Shown here piece by piece: positions 26,201 through 41,200 of a DNA stretch of 64,000 bases; the stretch's first letter is position 1, and the number at the start of each line of letters is the position of its first letter. This DNA is from Paraphysomonas bandaiensis (lineage: Eukaryota > Protista > Chrysophyceae): the NCBI GenBank assembly GCA_965644295.1, contig CBFFRP010000080.1, positions 248,001 to 312,000 of the forward strand, written 5' to 3'. The notes beneath the pieces are model-generated. The model searched no databases. It was not told the origin of the DNA and worked only from the letters and a program-made list of their open reading frames with translations. The position numbers were made by a program, and so were the translations under genes.

Positions 26201-29200
26201 CAGTTGAATGTATCGAGGGCATTTCACTCTCCGTTGATGGCAGATATTATTTCTGCTTATGAGAAGGAGCTGCTATTAGTACAGTTTAATCATCCGACGG
26301 TTAAGTTTGTGTCTACTGTGACGGGACATTATGCGGATGAGGAGTTAATATCATCGTCATATTGGTTGAAGCATATATTGCAGCCAGTGTTGTATGAGTC
26401 AGCAGTGGAGGTATGTTATAGTGGAGAGAGTCGTGATGGCACCTGTGTGTTTGTTGAGATGGGAGCGGATTCTACATTGAGCCGTATTGGAGCATCTGCT
26501 ATTCGTAAAGTTTTGGTGGATACATCTTGTTGTAGTTGGTTACACGGTATGAGTGTTGAGAACTTTTCAGCTTCTGGATTTAACAAGTTGTTTTCTCATA
26601 AACGGTTCCGGCTGAGGAAATTTTATCATCGTTTACTTGATTGTGCTGTTACTAGTTTGTTATCCAGTGCGACGGAGATGCACACTATCCTACACGGTGG
26701 GATCATAAATGAATGGTTAGGTCAACATGTGGTCCGTGGAGACATTGTGCTACCGGGTGCAGCAATGATAGATATGGGCCTTGCTGTGGCATTGAGACAG
26801 CGTGTTGTTCATCAGAGCACTTATTCTGACGTGGTACTTCACTTGGAAGCGTTCAGTGTCACTCGACCTCTCATTGTAGTTGACAGCAGTGCGTCTTCTA
26901 CGTCCCCAACTGAGATGTGGTGTGTACATAGGGATGATAATAATATTCAGTGGCAAAGTTGTTTGGATGGAAATAATGTAGAATTGAATGCTCAGTGTTC
27001 TGTAAATACTGTAAAAAATGGGGTACCAGTGGAGTGGCATGAATTAGAGAAGAAACTGATTGCACTACGTGAAATTTGCAACCACGAACTCAACGTTTCT
27101 CAGCTGTACGCACGATTTGTTGACAGTGGTTTGTGTTATGGGCCTAAGTTTCAACTAGTAACGTCCTTGCATTGTGATACTGATGGGAAGAATGTTATCT
27201 CTCGATTGTCAATCGGGGATGTCAGTATGACTAGTTTATATTTGTTGCCGCCTCCATTTTTGGATGCCGTGCTACAGTCTGCTGTGGCAGCTAATATGTT
27301 TAGAGGTATCGAAGAGATGCAAGTACCATATGCCATCGACAATGTATGGTTGCGATGTGATGGATTAGCATCTCTGTGGGCAGCCGAGTGGTGTGAGGTC
27401 CATGTCGAGGCTCGCAGCATCACATCTGAGATGTCGATATTCGACCTGTATTTGTTTAGTGGGTCTGGTGAAGCTGTTTTAGTTGTAAATGGGTTGTATG
27501 CTCGAAGTTATCGGTCTCGACGTACCATTGATGCTGAAGATTTTGATTTCCTTATGCACAACTGGACTTTCAGTGAAGCCGAGTTGCCACCTGTTAGGAC
27601 AATGAGACAACATGGGGAAGTTTTATTGGTTTGTGAGTCATCTCTAACGGATGCCGTATCAAATTTGATTTCCTTGTTCTCCACAAAATTATACAAAGCA
27701 CTGATTTCCGATATTGTTTGTGGAAGTGCGAACTACTCCAATCTTGGAATTCATACAGCTGTTATTTGTTTTTCGGAAAAAGATATACATTCTTTGTTTT
27801 CTAATGGCGAGGAAACTCGTATATTATTCAGCATGTTGGAGTGCTTGTGTCCAATGATATCAAATTTATATTTTGTGCTCTATTTAAATGGCAATGATTT
27901 CGCTCATGCGTGTGTGACGGGTGCAATTAAAAGTGCACAGCTTGAATATCCGAGCGTACGGTTTATGGTGATCATTGCAGATTCATCGTTTTCTGAAGCC
28001 GAGAGCATTTGTTCGGCCTTGGAAGCTGAGATGCCTGTAAACAAAGAAGAATTAGAAGTAAAGTATCACCAAGGTAGACGCCAAACACTACGATATATAT
28101 CAGAAAATTTCTCTCCAACATCATCACCTCAGAATATACAAAGCAGTGATATTGGCACCGGTTCATTCATCATAACCGGTGGGTTAGGTGGACTTGGACT
28201 ATTGACTGCAAGGGTATTAGCTAGTCATGGTGCGTCTAGATTAGTACTTTTATCTCGATCTGGCAAGGTATCATATACCGGCCAGGGTCTGGAGTTGGAA
28301 TTGGAGTGGCTTCGGGAATCTTCTGGCAGTGAGGTTCATGTGATGTGTTGCGACGTATCTGACGAGTCTTCTGTAGTGGATATGTTGCGAGAGGTTCGTG
28401 AGATGGGTGGGGGTATTCGGGGAATCATTCATGCAGCAGGAGTACTTCGTGATGCGTTGATTCGTGGGGGTGGTGCGGCATCTGGTTGTGCTGATGTGTG
28501 GGCATCTAAGGCGCACAGTGCGTGGTTATTACACAAGCACACGTTGGAGGATTCCCTTTCAACATTTGTTGTATATTCGTCAATCGTATCCGCTATCGGA
28601 AATATTGGTCAATCTGCTTATGGTGCCGCAAATAGTTATTTGGATGGACTTGTAGAGTATCGTGTTCGTAACGGTTTACCTGGTGTTAGTATTCGGTGGC
28701 CGGCGGTTACTGGAGTTGGTATGGCGGCAGCAACGGGTGTTGATGGCGTAGGTATTACAATTGGGTCATCATCCGTTGAGAATGTATTGAAATGTTTGGT
28801 GCTAAGTAATCGTGCCGTTGAGGGTGTTATCACTATAGCTCCCCATGGTATGAAGGATTGGATGTCTGACAGTATTAAACAACAGTTTTCAAATGTTAGA
28901 TTGCTTCAACCAGTGCAGACTAATACATCTATGGCCGTAACTGGGTCGTCAACTAGGCCCCGAATAAGATCTATTGTCTGTGAGCGGTCTATTGAGGATG
29001 TGGTGTATACCGTTCGTAGTATAGTAGAATCGTTACTAGAAGTCTCCGGCGTCTCCGAAACTGACCAAGTGATGGACATGGGACTGGATTCTCTAGCTGT
29101 CACTGAGTTAGCCAGTAAGTTAGCATCTGAGTTTAGGGTTCGTGTTCTTCCGACGTTGGTGTTTAATTATCCTACACTACGGGATATAACAGGACATATT

Positions 29201-32200
29201 ATAGATCTCCTGGGACTGTCAGAGTCCATCACAACCACGGAATCACCTGGGTGTCTGCCTCCATATGAGGGAAGGGGAAACAGTGACATGGCCATCATTG
29301 GTGTAAGTTGTCGCCTTCCTGGTGATATTAATGATCTTGAGTCCATGTGGAGCATGTTATGTGGGCGCTGCGACATGACAAGCGAAGTATCACCGTATCG
29401 CTGGGACACAGATGGATTGATGGCACGTAGTACACTGGCGGATCCAAGTATATTAAACCGTGTTCGATATGGTGGTTTCTTGTCTGATGAAGTTTTGGAA
29501 AGCTTTGATGCATCGTTGTTTGGAATTTCTGACGCAGAGGCCATGCATATGGACCTCAGCCACCGATTGTTATTGGAAAGCAGTTACGAGGCTCTGGTGG
29601 ATGCAGGGTATAATGTTTCTGAGCTGAAGAGAAAGAAAGTTGGAGTATTTGTTGGCGTGATGGCAGATGTATCTAAACGGTTTGATCCTGTTGATAGTTT
29701 TTTTATTGGTGAAAAATCTTCTGTCTATGATGCCACTAAATCATCGTTGTCAGTGGCGTCCGGACGAATATCTTACGCTTTTGGATTCGAAGGGCCATGT
29801 ATGTCAATTGATACTGCATGCTCATCTTCTCTAGTTGCTCTCCATACTGCTAAAAGATGTATTGAAAACAATGAATGTGACATAGCGGTAGTATCTGGAG
29901 TATGTGTATTGACACCAGAATCTAGCGTAGCTTGTGCAGTAACTGGCATGACATCGCCTGATGGAAAGTGCCATACCTTTGATAACGCAGCCAACGGCTA
30001 TTGCCGAGGTGAGGGCTGTGGTGCCTTGGTGTTGAAGCGATTGAGTGATGCAGAACGAGATAATGATGGTATTTATGCAGTTGTACGAGGGTCAGCAGTG
30101 ATGCAGGACGGTAAGAGTGCTAGTTTGACAGCCCCCAATGGTCTTGCCCAGGAGCAGCTTCTTCGTGCGGCATTATCAGATGCTGGAGTGGATGCTGGTG
30201 ATGTATCTCTTATTGAGGCTCACGGGACTGGGACGAAACTAGGTGATCCTATTGAGACGGAGGCTTTATCGTCGGTATATGGTCATGGGCGGAGTGAAGA
30301 GAATGCATTGTATGTTTCGAGTGTAAAAGCGAATATCGGTCACATGGAGGCAGCAGCTGGTATAGGAGGTATATTGTCAGCGATATTGGCACTTCATTAT
30401 AAGCAAGCTCCTCCAAATGCCCAGCTGCGTGAGCTGAACTCGAAGGTGGCAGCATCTGTGTCAGGCAGTCCAATTTCGTTTCCCACGGAACCTACTCCAT
30501 TGGTTCGACATGGGGATCGTCCTTTGTTAGCTGGAGTGAGTTCATTTGGCTTCAGTGGCACAATATCCCATGTGATATTAGAGGAACCTGGTAGTTCGAG
30601 ATCTTTTTCTTCTGTTAATCATGGAGAAATGTTTCAGATGAAGAGATATCGTTTGCCTCGATTTTATCATCCTTTGTTACAAGTTGGAATGTTTGATGAA
30701 TTTTCTGGAGATGTTATTTTTACGATACACTTACATCAAAAGATTATTGAATCATTTTCAGTGTTTGAAGGTATGGACGATATTGTTTCACTGCCGAATT
30801 CGGTTATGTTGGAACTGTTCTGTTCTGCCGCGAATAGATGCGGTGGGCACGGAATATACCCGCGGGGTATGGAATTGTCAAAATCACTATTTATACGCGA
30901 ATTGAAGTTTATACACCCTTTTGTTTTTAGCAATAAACAGGCAACAACACTTTGGTGCGTATGTGATAAGAGTAACTCCTTTCGCTTGTACAGCAGTGAT
31001 AGGGGCTCCAGAGTGCTTCACGCGCAATGCTTTTTATCGAAAACAACCCCCGACAGCGATTTTCATGTCTCCTCTAGTTTAGAATCATCAAATAGAATAG
31101 ATCTAAAAACTGAAGAAGACACCAGCAAGCATTCAATACTCGAACGTCCTGGGCTGAGTTCAAGCTTGCTCAACAGTGTTCATGTTTCTGACTGCAGGTC
31201 CCGCGCTTTTGCAGTCATCAATGTTCCTGACAAACTAATGTGGTCAACATATCTGCTTCCACCCCCATTTATTGAGGCTATGTTTTTAGCGTCATCTGTT
31301 TTGTTCTCTGAATTTGATGGGTCAACAGGAGAAAGTATGGGCGACATGAAAGTACCTGGCGAAGTTGATAAGCTGTGGGTTATATCTGACAATATTGGTA
31401 GTTTATGGAATCAAAAATTTTGCGAGGTGTATATGGAACGTCAAAGTAATCGAAATGGTGTAGTTGTAAACTTCACTGTATTAAATAAAGAAGGGTCAGC
31501 TATATTGTGTGCTGAAGGCGTTGTTATGAGAAATATGGCAGAATTTAGTGGTGGTGCTCCAGACAACACTTCCACAGCCATATTACAGAGCCAGTGGAAA
31601 TTTTCTGGACCAGTTAATACTACGCCTTGCTCTATACCATCATGTTTGTTTGTTGGACCAGGTGAGACATGTACAGCAATTATAGATGTTCTAAATAGCA
31701 GCAATTTCACAATGGATATCGCTGACCATGTTAGCATCGGGCCCAATAACGTTTCTCTTATTATTCAAAACGACAAGAAGTACAATATGGCTGTTGTTGT
31801 TGTTGAAGGCATCGTTGCTTGTGATTCTATCGCAACGTCATACGACCCCATGAATGCTCTTCATTTAAAGGCTTGGCTTGAAGCTATTGAAATTTTGTGC
31901 GGAAGAACGAAGAATTTGATAGTTTTGTCTACAGTAGGAAATGAAGGCGATAACGTTTTCTACAACACGCTTATTGGTGCAGTACGATGCGCTCAGTTGG
32001 AATATCCAGCAGTGCATATAGTGGTTATTGATATCGATTCATCGATTTCTGATGTGGAAGGCATGTGTGCTGCTTTGCAGAATGAGATATCTATAATGGA
32101 TGGTGAGATGGAAGTTAAGTATCGTGATGGTGTGCGTATGGTGAAGCGCTACGAGCCATTAGATTTACCTGTTACCAATACTGGTGACAATCGCAATGTG

Positions 32201-35200
32201 GAGGGAGGTACATTCATCATAACCGGTGGGTTAGGTGGACTTGGACTATTGACTGCAAGGGTATTAGCTAGTCATGGTGCGTCTAGATTAGTACTTTTAT
32301 CTCGATCTGGCAAGGTATCATATACCGGCCAGGGTCTGGAGTTGGAATTGGAGTGGCTTCGGGAGTCTTCTGGCAGTGAGGTTCATGTGATGTGTTGCGA
32401 CGTATCTGACGAGTCTTCTGTAGTGGATATGTTGCGAGAGGTTCGTGAGATGGGTGGGGGTATTCGGGGAATCATTCATGCAGCAGGAGTACTTCGTGAT
32501 GCGTTGATTCGTGGGGGTGGTGCGGCATCTGGTTGTGCTGATGTGTGGGCATCTAAGGCGCACAGTGCGTGGTTATTACACAAGCACACGTTGGAGGATT
32601 CCCTTTCAACATTTGTTGTATATTCGTCAATCGTATCCGCTATCGGAAATATTGGTCAATCTGCTTATGGTGCCGCAAATAGTTATTTGGATGGACTTGT
32701 AGAGTATCGTGTTCGTAACGGTTTACCTGGTGTTAGTATTCGGTGGCCGGCGGTTTCTGGAGTTGGTATGGCGGCAGCAACGGGTGCAGACACTGCTGAA
32801 GTATCAATTGATCAAGAGTATGCCTGTATATTGGTTAGACTCTTTATTATTTGTAATCATTTTTGTGATGTATTTTCTGTTTGTCCAATTGGTGCATTTG
32901 GTTTGATGAGTCAAGCGGTTGAGATGCAGTTTTCTTCAACCACTTTGTCGCTTTTGAAGAAGCTTGAAGAGAAGCCACGGATTCACGACGTTGCAGTACT
33001 TTCTCCTAACGAAATTCGACTAAACGTGAAAACCTTGGTTTTGACGATGATTGATTCTGGTGACATCACCGATGACGCTCACTTAATGGACTACGGCATG
33101 GATTCTCTAGGTATGACGGAACTTGCGAATCAGTTATCAAATGAATTTAAATTGAAACTTTCCCCTACGTTGGTATTTAGCTATCCAACTATTGATGATA
33201 TCACTGGCCACATTCTTGAATTGCTTGGTGTTTCCGACGTAAAGGAAGAGCCAGAACATGGGCTGACCAGGACATCGAACTCTCGATTTGACAGTGGCGA
33301 TATGGCTATAGTTGGTGTAAGTTGTCGATTACCTGGCGATGTGAATGATTTGAATTCAATGTGGGAAATGCTCAGTGGAGGTCGTGATGCGACAAGCGTG
33401 GTGTCTCCATCTCGCTGGGATGTGGATGCATTAATTGCACGCAGTGATTTGATGGATCCGAGTGTGTTGGATCGTGTTCGTCACGGCGGTTTTTTGTCAG
33501 ATGATGTTTTGGAGGGTTTTGATGCACCTTTATTTGGAATTTCTGATGCAGAAGCCTCCCATATGGACCCTACCCACCGTTTGTTATTACAATGTGCCTA
33601 CGAGGCCTTATGTGATGCAGGGTACGATATGTCGACAATGAAAGGTCAGAAGATTGGGGTATTTGTGGGGATTTCTGGTGTGGTTTCTTGTGATAACACT
33701 TCAAATACGTCACATAGTAACGACAAGTCGTTGCCATCAGTGTATGATGCCACAGGAAACACTCTTTCTGTCGCATCGGGTCGAATATCTTACGCATTAG
33801 GGTTGTGCGGCCCTTGCATGACTTGTGACACCGCATGTTCATCCTCGCATGTAGCACTGCACTCTGCCCGGCGCTGCCTACAGCACAACGAATGTGACAG
33901 TGCTCTAGTTATCAGTGTGAATTGTTTATCCACGGCGTCATCTGTGGCGTGTGCTATGGCTGGCATGACATCGCCTGATGGCAAGTGCCACACCTTTGAC
34001 GAGTCAGCCAACGGGTACTGTAGAGCTGAAGGATGTGGTGCCTTAGTATTGAAGCGATTGAGTGAAGCTGAACGAGATAATGATGGTATTTATGCAGTTG
34101 TACGAGGGTCGGCAGTGATGCAGGACGGTAAGAGTGCTAGTTTGACAGCCCCCAATGGTCTTGCCCAGGAGCAGCTTCTTCGTGCGGCATTATCAGATGC
34201 CGGAGTGGATGCTGGTGATGTATCTCTTATTGAGGCTCACGGGACTGGGACGAAATTAGGTGATCCTATTGAGACGGAGGCTTTATCGTCGGTATATGGT
34301 CATGGGCGAAGTGAAGAGAATACATTGTATGTTTCTGGTGTAAAAGCGAATATCGGTCACATGGAGGCAGCAGCTGGTATAGGAGGTATATTGTCAGCGA
34401 TATTGGCACTTCATTATAAGCAAGCTCCTCCGAATGCCCAGCTGCGTGAGCTGAACTCGAAGGTGGCAGCATCTGTGTCAGGCAGTCCGATTTCGTTTCC
34501 CACGGAACCTACTCCATTGGTTCGACATGGGGATCGTCCTTTGTTAGCTGGAGTGAGTTCATTTGGTTACAGCGGCACAATATCTCATGTGATATTGGAA
34601 GAAGCTCCCATCTCTCACTCCCGCTCGCCTGGTGTACTTTCTAGTAGCAAATCCTCCTCCACTGTATTGTCGGAAACATGTATAGCGGGTATGGTGTGGC
34701 AATTTGCTGGACAGGGGACACTCAGTGTTGGCGCATTGCGCGATATGTATGAGTCGGAATCTACGTTTCGTGACGCTTTGAGTCGGTGTGATGATATTCT
34801 TCGATCTCATCTGGGTGTAGGTGCATCTGAGTTATTGTATCCTGGGATCTGTGGTAGTTTGACTGAGATTAGTGCAGCGGAGCACCTTTCGGAGACTGTG
34901 TACTCTCAGCCTATACTGGTGGCTCTTGAGTATTGTCTGAGTCAGGTGTGGTTGTCACGGGGTATTCGCCCAGCTGCAGTGATGGGTCACAGTCTAGGAG
35001 AGTATGCAGCTGCTATTGTCAGCGGAGTTTTGTCATTGGAGGATAGTTTGCGACTGGTGTGTATACGTGGTCGCTTGATGCAGGAGAGTGATGGGTGTGT
35101 GGGTTGCATGTATGCTGTCCGAGCAACAGCTGATGAGGTAATCAGTGCAATCTCTGATTCAGGTTTGACGAACGAAGTGTCTGTGGCTGCAGTGAATGGA

Positions 35201-38200
35201 CCTCGTAGTGTGGTAATATCCGGGTCTGTGAATGGAGTTCAGAAAGTGTTGAACAGCACTGGTTTGATGAATATGAGTCATCGTCAGTTGAATGTATCGA
35301 GGGCATTTCACTCTCCGTTGATGGCAGATATTATTTCTGCTTATGAGAAGGAGCTGCTATTAGTACAGTTTAATCATCCGACGGTTAAGTTTGTGTCTAC
35401 TGTGACGGGACATTATGCGGATGAGGAGTTAATATCATCGTCATATTGGTTGAAGCATATATTGCAGCCAGTGTTGTATGAGTCAGCAGTGGAGGTATGT
35501 TATAGTGGAGAGAGTCGTGATGGCACCTGTGTGTTTGTTGAGATGGGAGCGGATTCTACATTGAGCCGAATGGGTCAAAATATCTCTCGAAGTTCTAAAG
35601 TCCAGTGGAAATGCGGTGTTGATACAATCGAAGATTTGATAGTTTTATGTCCCCCAGTTGTGAGCAACGTGTCTAGAACTACTACACGGTATGCTTGGTA
35701 CAATAGATGTCACGCTCTTCTGCAAGAATCCAATGTGGATAGCGTCTCTGGAGATGTTATCTTTACGATTCGTCTGCATTCTAGTATACTGATGTCATGG
35801 TTGTTCGATTATAAACAAGGAGATAACGTAGTAGTCCCTGTCGGAGCAGTTGTGGAAATGTTTTGTGCCATTGCAAGTCGAAGGAATGAGCGTGGAGTGT
35901 TTGAAAATGCTACAAGGCTATCATCGGCTCAACTTGAGGGGCTGCAGCTGTTCGATAGAATCATAGTTGATACCACTGCTGCGAGTATATATGAAAACAA
36001 GGAAGTGACAACATTGTGGTGTTCTTGTAGTGATAGTGGTATTCTTAGCTTATACAGCATCTCTGCTGGTACGAAAGTAATTCACGCGCACTGTTCTATA
36101 TCGAAAAATAGTTTAGATATTGCAGTCCCTGAGAAAGTGCAGACCTATGCAGAAGAAGTTGATGTGGCTACTATTTATGATCGCCCTGATTTCGTACAAC
36201 TTGGACAATCCTTTCGTCTACTTCACAGTGTTCATGTTTCTGACTGCAGGTCCCGCGCTTTTGCAGTCATCAATGTTCCTGACAAACTAATGTGGTCAAC
36301 ATATCTGCTTCCACCCCCATTTATTGAGGCTATGTTTTTAGCGTCATCTGTTTTGTTCTCTGAATTTGATGGGTCAACAGGAGAAAGTATGGGCGACATG
36401 AAAGTACCTGGCGAAGTTGATAAGCTGTGGGTTATATCTGACAATATTGGTAGTTTATGGAATCAAAACTTTTGCGAGGTGTATATGGAACGTCAAAGTA
36501 ATCGAAATGGTGTAGTTGTAAACTTCACTGTATTAAATAAAGAAGGGTCAGCTATATTGTGTGCTGAAGGCGTTGTTATGAGAAATATGGCAGAATTTAG
36601 TGGTGGTGCTCCAGACAACACTTCCACAGCCATATTACAGAGCCAGTGGAAATTTTCTGGACCAGTTAATACTACGCCTTGCTCTATACCATCATGTTTG
36701 TTTGTTGGACCAGGTGAGACATGTACAGCAATTATAGATGTTCTAAATAGCAGCAATTTCACAATGGATATCGCTGACCATGTTAGCATCGGGCCCAATA
36801 ACGTTTCTCTTATTATTCAAAACGACAAGAAGTACAATATGGCTGTTGTTGTTGTTGAAGGCATCGTTGCTTGTGATTCTATCGCAACGTCATACGACCC
36901 CATGAATGCTCTTCATTTAAAGGCTTGGCTTGAAGCTATTGAAATTTTGTGCGGAAGAACGAAGAATTTGATAGTTTTGTCTACAGTAGGAAATGAAGGC
37001 GATAACGTTTTCTACAACACGCTTATTGGTGCAGTACGATGCGCTCAGTTGGAATATCCAGCAGTGCATATAGTGGTTATTGATATCGATTCATCGATTT
37101 CTGATGTGGAAGGCATGTGTGCTGCTTTGCAGAATGAGATATCTATAATGGATGGTGAGATGGAAGTTAAGTATCGTGATGGTGTGCGTATGGTGAAGCG
37201 CTACGAGCCATTAGATTTACCTGTTACCAATACTGGTGACAATCGCAATGTGGAGGGAGGTACATTCATCATAACCGGTGGGTTAGGTGGACTTGGACTA
37301 TTGACTGCAAGGGTATTAGCTAGTCATGGTGCGTCTAGATTAGTACTTTTATCTCGATCTGGCAAGGTATCATATACCGGCCAGGGTCTGGAGTTGGAAT
37401 TGGAGTGGCTTCGGGAGTCTTCTGGCAGTGAGGTTCATGTGATGTGTTGCGACGTATCTGACGAGTCTTCTGTAGTGGATATGTTGCGAGAGGTTCGTGA
37501 GATGGGTGGGGGTATTCGGGGAATCATTCATGCAGCAGGAGTACTTCGTGATGCGTTGATTCGTGGGGGTGGTGCGGCATCTGGTTGTGCTGATGTGTGG
37601 GCATCTAAGGCGCACAGTGCGTGGTTATTACATAAGCACACGTTGGAGGATTCCCTTTCAACATTTGTTGTATATTCGTCAATCGTGTCCGCTATCGGAA
37701 ATATTGGTCAATCTGCTTATGGTGCCGCAAATAGTTATTTGGATGGACTTGTAGAGTATCGTGTTCGTAACGGTTTACCTGGTGTTAGTATTCGGTGGCC
37801 GGCGGTTACTGGAGTTGGTATGGCGGCAGCAACTGGAGTTGTTACGGCTTGTAAATCTGTTGACAACAATTTTGTGGTGGATGTTCTGATGGGATGTATG
37901 TGTAATTCAATACCGGTGGTATTCACAATTGTTCCACGTGGAGTGTTAGATTTTATTTTTGATACTTGCAATCCTCAGTTTGTGAAAGCTTTTGGGCTGT
38001 TGAAGCCTTCAGAACTTTGTGATTCTCAAGTTGATAGCGGATGTAAGCTTTCAACTAAGGAAGTTCTTTGCACAGTAAGAGACGAGGTTCTTCTATCAAC
38101 TGGATGTGCATATATAGCAGATGATGCTCACTTAATGGACTATGGAGTGGACTCTTTGGGAGCAATTGAGATCGCGGTACAACTTGCTAGTAAACTTAAA

Positions 38201-41200
38201 TTGAAACTTTCCCCTACGTTGGTATTTAGCTATCCAACTATTGATGATATCACTGGCCACATTCTTGAATTGCTTGGTGTTTCCGACGTAAAGGAAGAGC
38301 CAGAACGTGGACTGACCAGGACATCGAACTCTCGATTTGACAGTGGCGATATGGCTATAGTTGGTGTAAGTTGTCGATTACCTGGCGATGTGAATGATTT
38401 GAATTCAATGTGGGAAATGCTCAGTGGAGGTCGTGATGCGACAAGCGTGGTGTCTCCATCTCGCTGGGATGTGGATGCATTAATTGCACGCAGTGATTTG
38501 ATGGATCCGAGTGTGTTGGATCGTGTTCGTCACGGCGGTTTTTTGTCAGATGATGTTTTGGAGGGTTTTGATGCACCTTTATTTGGAATTTCTGATGCAG
38601 AAGCCTCCCATATGGACCCTACCCACCGTTTGTTATTACAATGTGCCTACGAGGCCTTATGTGATGCAGGGTACGATATGTCGACAATGAAAGGTCAGAA
38701 GATTGGGGTATTTGTGGGGATTTCTGGTGTGGTTTCTTGTGATAACACTTCAAATACGTCACATAGTAACGACAAGTCGTTGCCATCAGTGTATGATGCC
38801 ACAGGAAACACTCTTTCTGTCGCATCGGGTCGAATATCTTACGCATTAGGGTTGTGCGGCCCTTGCATGACTTGTGACACCGCATGTTCATCCTCGCATG
38901 TAGCACTGCACTCTGCCCGGCGCTGCCTACAGCACAACGAATGTGACAGTGCTCTAGTTATCAGTGTGAATTGTTTATCCACGGCGTCATCTGTGGCGTG
39001 TGCTATGGCTGGCATGACATCGCCTGATGGCAAGTGCCACACCTTTGACGAGTCAGCCAACGGGTACTGTAGAGCTGAAGGATGTGGTGCCTTAGTATTG
39101 AAGCGATTGAGTGAAGCTGAACGAGATAATGATGGTATTTATGCAGTTGTACGAGGGTCAGCAGTGATGCAGGACGGTAAGAGTGCTAGTTTGACAGCCC
39201 CCAATGGTCTTGCCCAGGAGCAGCTTCTTCGTGCGGCATTATCAGATGCCGGAGTGGATGCTGGTGATGTATCTCTTATTGAGGCTCACGGGACTGGGAC
39301 GAAATTAGGTGATCCTATTGAGACGGAGGCTTTATCGTCGGTATATGGTCATGGGCGAAGTGAAGAGAATACATTGTATGTTTCTGGTGTAAAAGCGAAT
39401 ATCGGTCACATGGAGGCAGCAGCTGGTATAGGAGGTATATTGTCAGCGATATTGGCACTTCATTATAAGCAAGCTCCTCCGAATGCCCAGCTGCGTGAGC
39501 TGAACTCGAAGGTGGCAGCATCTGTGTCAGGCAGTCCGATTTCGTTTCCCACGGAACCTACTCCATTGGTTCGACATGGGGATCGTCCTTTGTTAGCTGG
39601 AGTGAGTTCATTTGGTTATAGCGGCACAATATCTCATGTGATATTGGAAGAAGCTCCTGTATCTCACTCCCGCTCGCCTGGTGTACTTTCTAGTAGCAAA
39701 TCCTCCTCCACTGTATTGTCGGAAACATGTATAGCGGGTATGGTGTGGCAATTTGCTGGACAGGGGACACTCAGTGTTGGCGCATTGCGCGATATGTATG
39801 AGTCGGAATCTACGTTTCGTGACGCTTTGAGTCGATGTGATGATATTCTTCGATCTCATCTGGGTGTAGGTGCATCTGAGTTATTGTATCCTGGGATCTG
39901 TGGTAGTTTGACTGAGATTAGTGCAGCGGAGCACCTTTCGGAGACTGTGTACTCTCAGCCTATACTGGTGGCTCTTGAGTATTGTCTGAGTCAGGTGTGG
40001 TTGTCACGGGGTATTCGCCCAGCTGCAGTGATGGGTCACAGTCTAGGAGAGTATGCAGCTGCTATTGTCAGCGGAGTTTTGTCATTGGAGGATAGTTTGC
40101 GACTGGTGTGTATACGTGGTCGCTTGATGCAGGAGAGTGATGGATGTGTGGGTTGCATGTATGCCGTCCGAGCAACAGCTGATGAGGTAATCAGTGCAAT
40201 CTCTGATTCAGGTTTGACGAACGAAGTGTCTGTGGCTGCAGTGAATGGACCTCGTAGTGTGGTAGTATCCGGGTCTGTGGATGGAGTTCAGAAAGTGTTG
40301 AACAGCACTGGTTTGATGAATATGAGTCATCGTCAGTTGAATGTATCGAGGGCATTTCACTCTCCGTTGATGGCAGATATTATTTCTGCTTATGAGAAGG
40401 AGCTGCTATTAGTACAGTTTAATCATCCGACGGTTAAGTTTGTGTCTACTGTGACGGGACATTATGCGGATGAGGAGTTAATATCATCGTCATATTGGTT
40501 GAAGCATATATTGCAGCCAGTGTTGTATGAGTCAGCAGTGGAGGTATGTTATAGTGGAGAGAGTCGTGATGGCACCTGTGTGTTTGTTGAGATGGGAGCG
40601 GATTCTACATTGAGCCGAATGGGTCAAAATATCTCTCGAAGTTCTAAAGTCCAGTGGAAATGCGGTGTTGATACAATCGAAGATTTGATAGTTTTATGTC
40701 CCCCAGTTGTGAGCAACGTGTCTAGAACTACTACACGGTATGCTTGGTACAATAGATGTCACGCTCTTCTGCAAGAATCCAATGTGGATAGCGTCTCTGG
40801 AGATGTTATCTTTACGATTCGTCTGCATTCTAGTATACTGATGTCATGGTTGTTCGATTATAAACAAGGAGATAACGTAGTAGTCCCTGTCGGAGCAGTT
40901 GTGGAAATGTTTTGTGCCATTGCAAGTCGAAGGAATGAGCGTGGAGTGTTTGAAAATGCTACAAGGCTATCATCGGCTCAACTTGAGGGGCTGCAGCTGT
41001 TCGATAGAATCATAGTTGATACCACTGCTGCGAGTATATATGAAAACAAGGAAGTGACAACATTGTGGTGTTCTTGTAGTGATAGTGGTATTCTTAGCTT
41101 ATACAGCAACTCTGCTGGTACGAAAGTAATTCACGCGCACTGTTCTATATCGAAAAATAGTTTAGATATTGCAGTCCCTGAGAAAGTGCAGACCTATGCA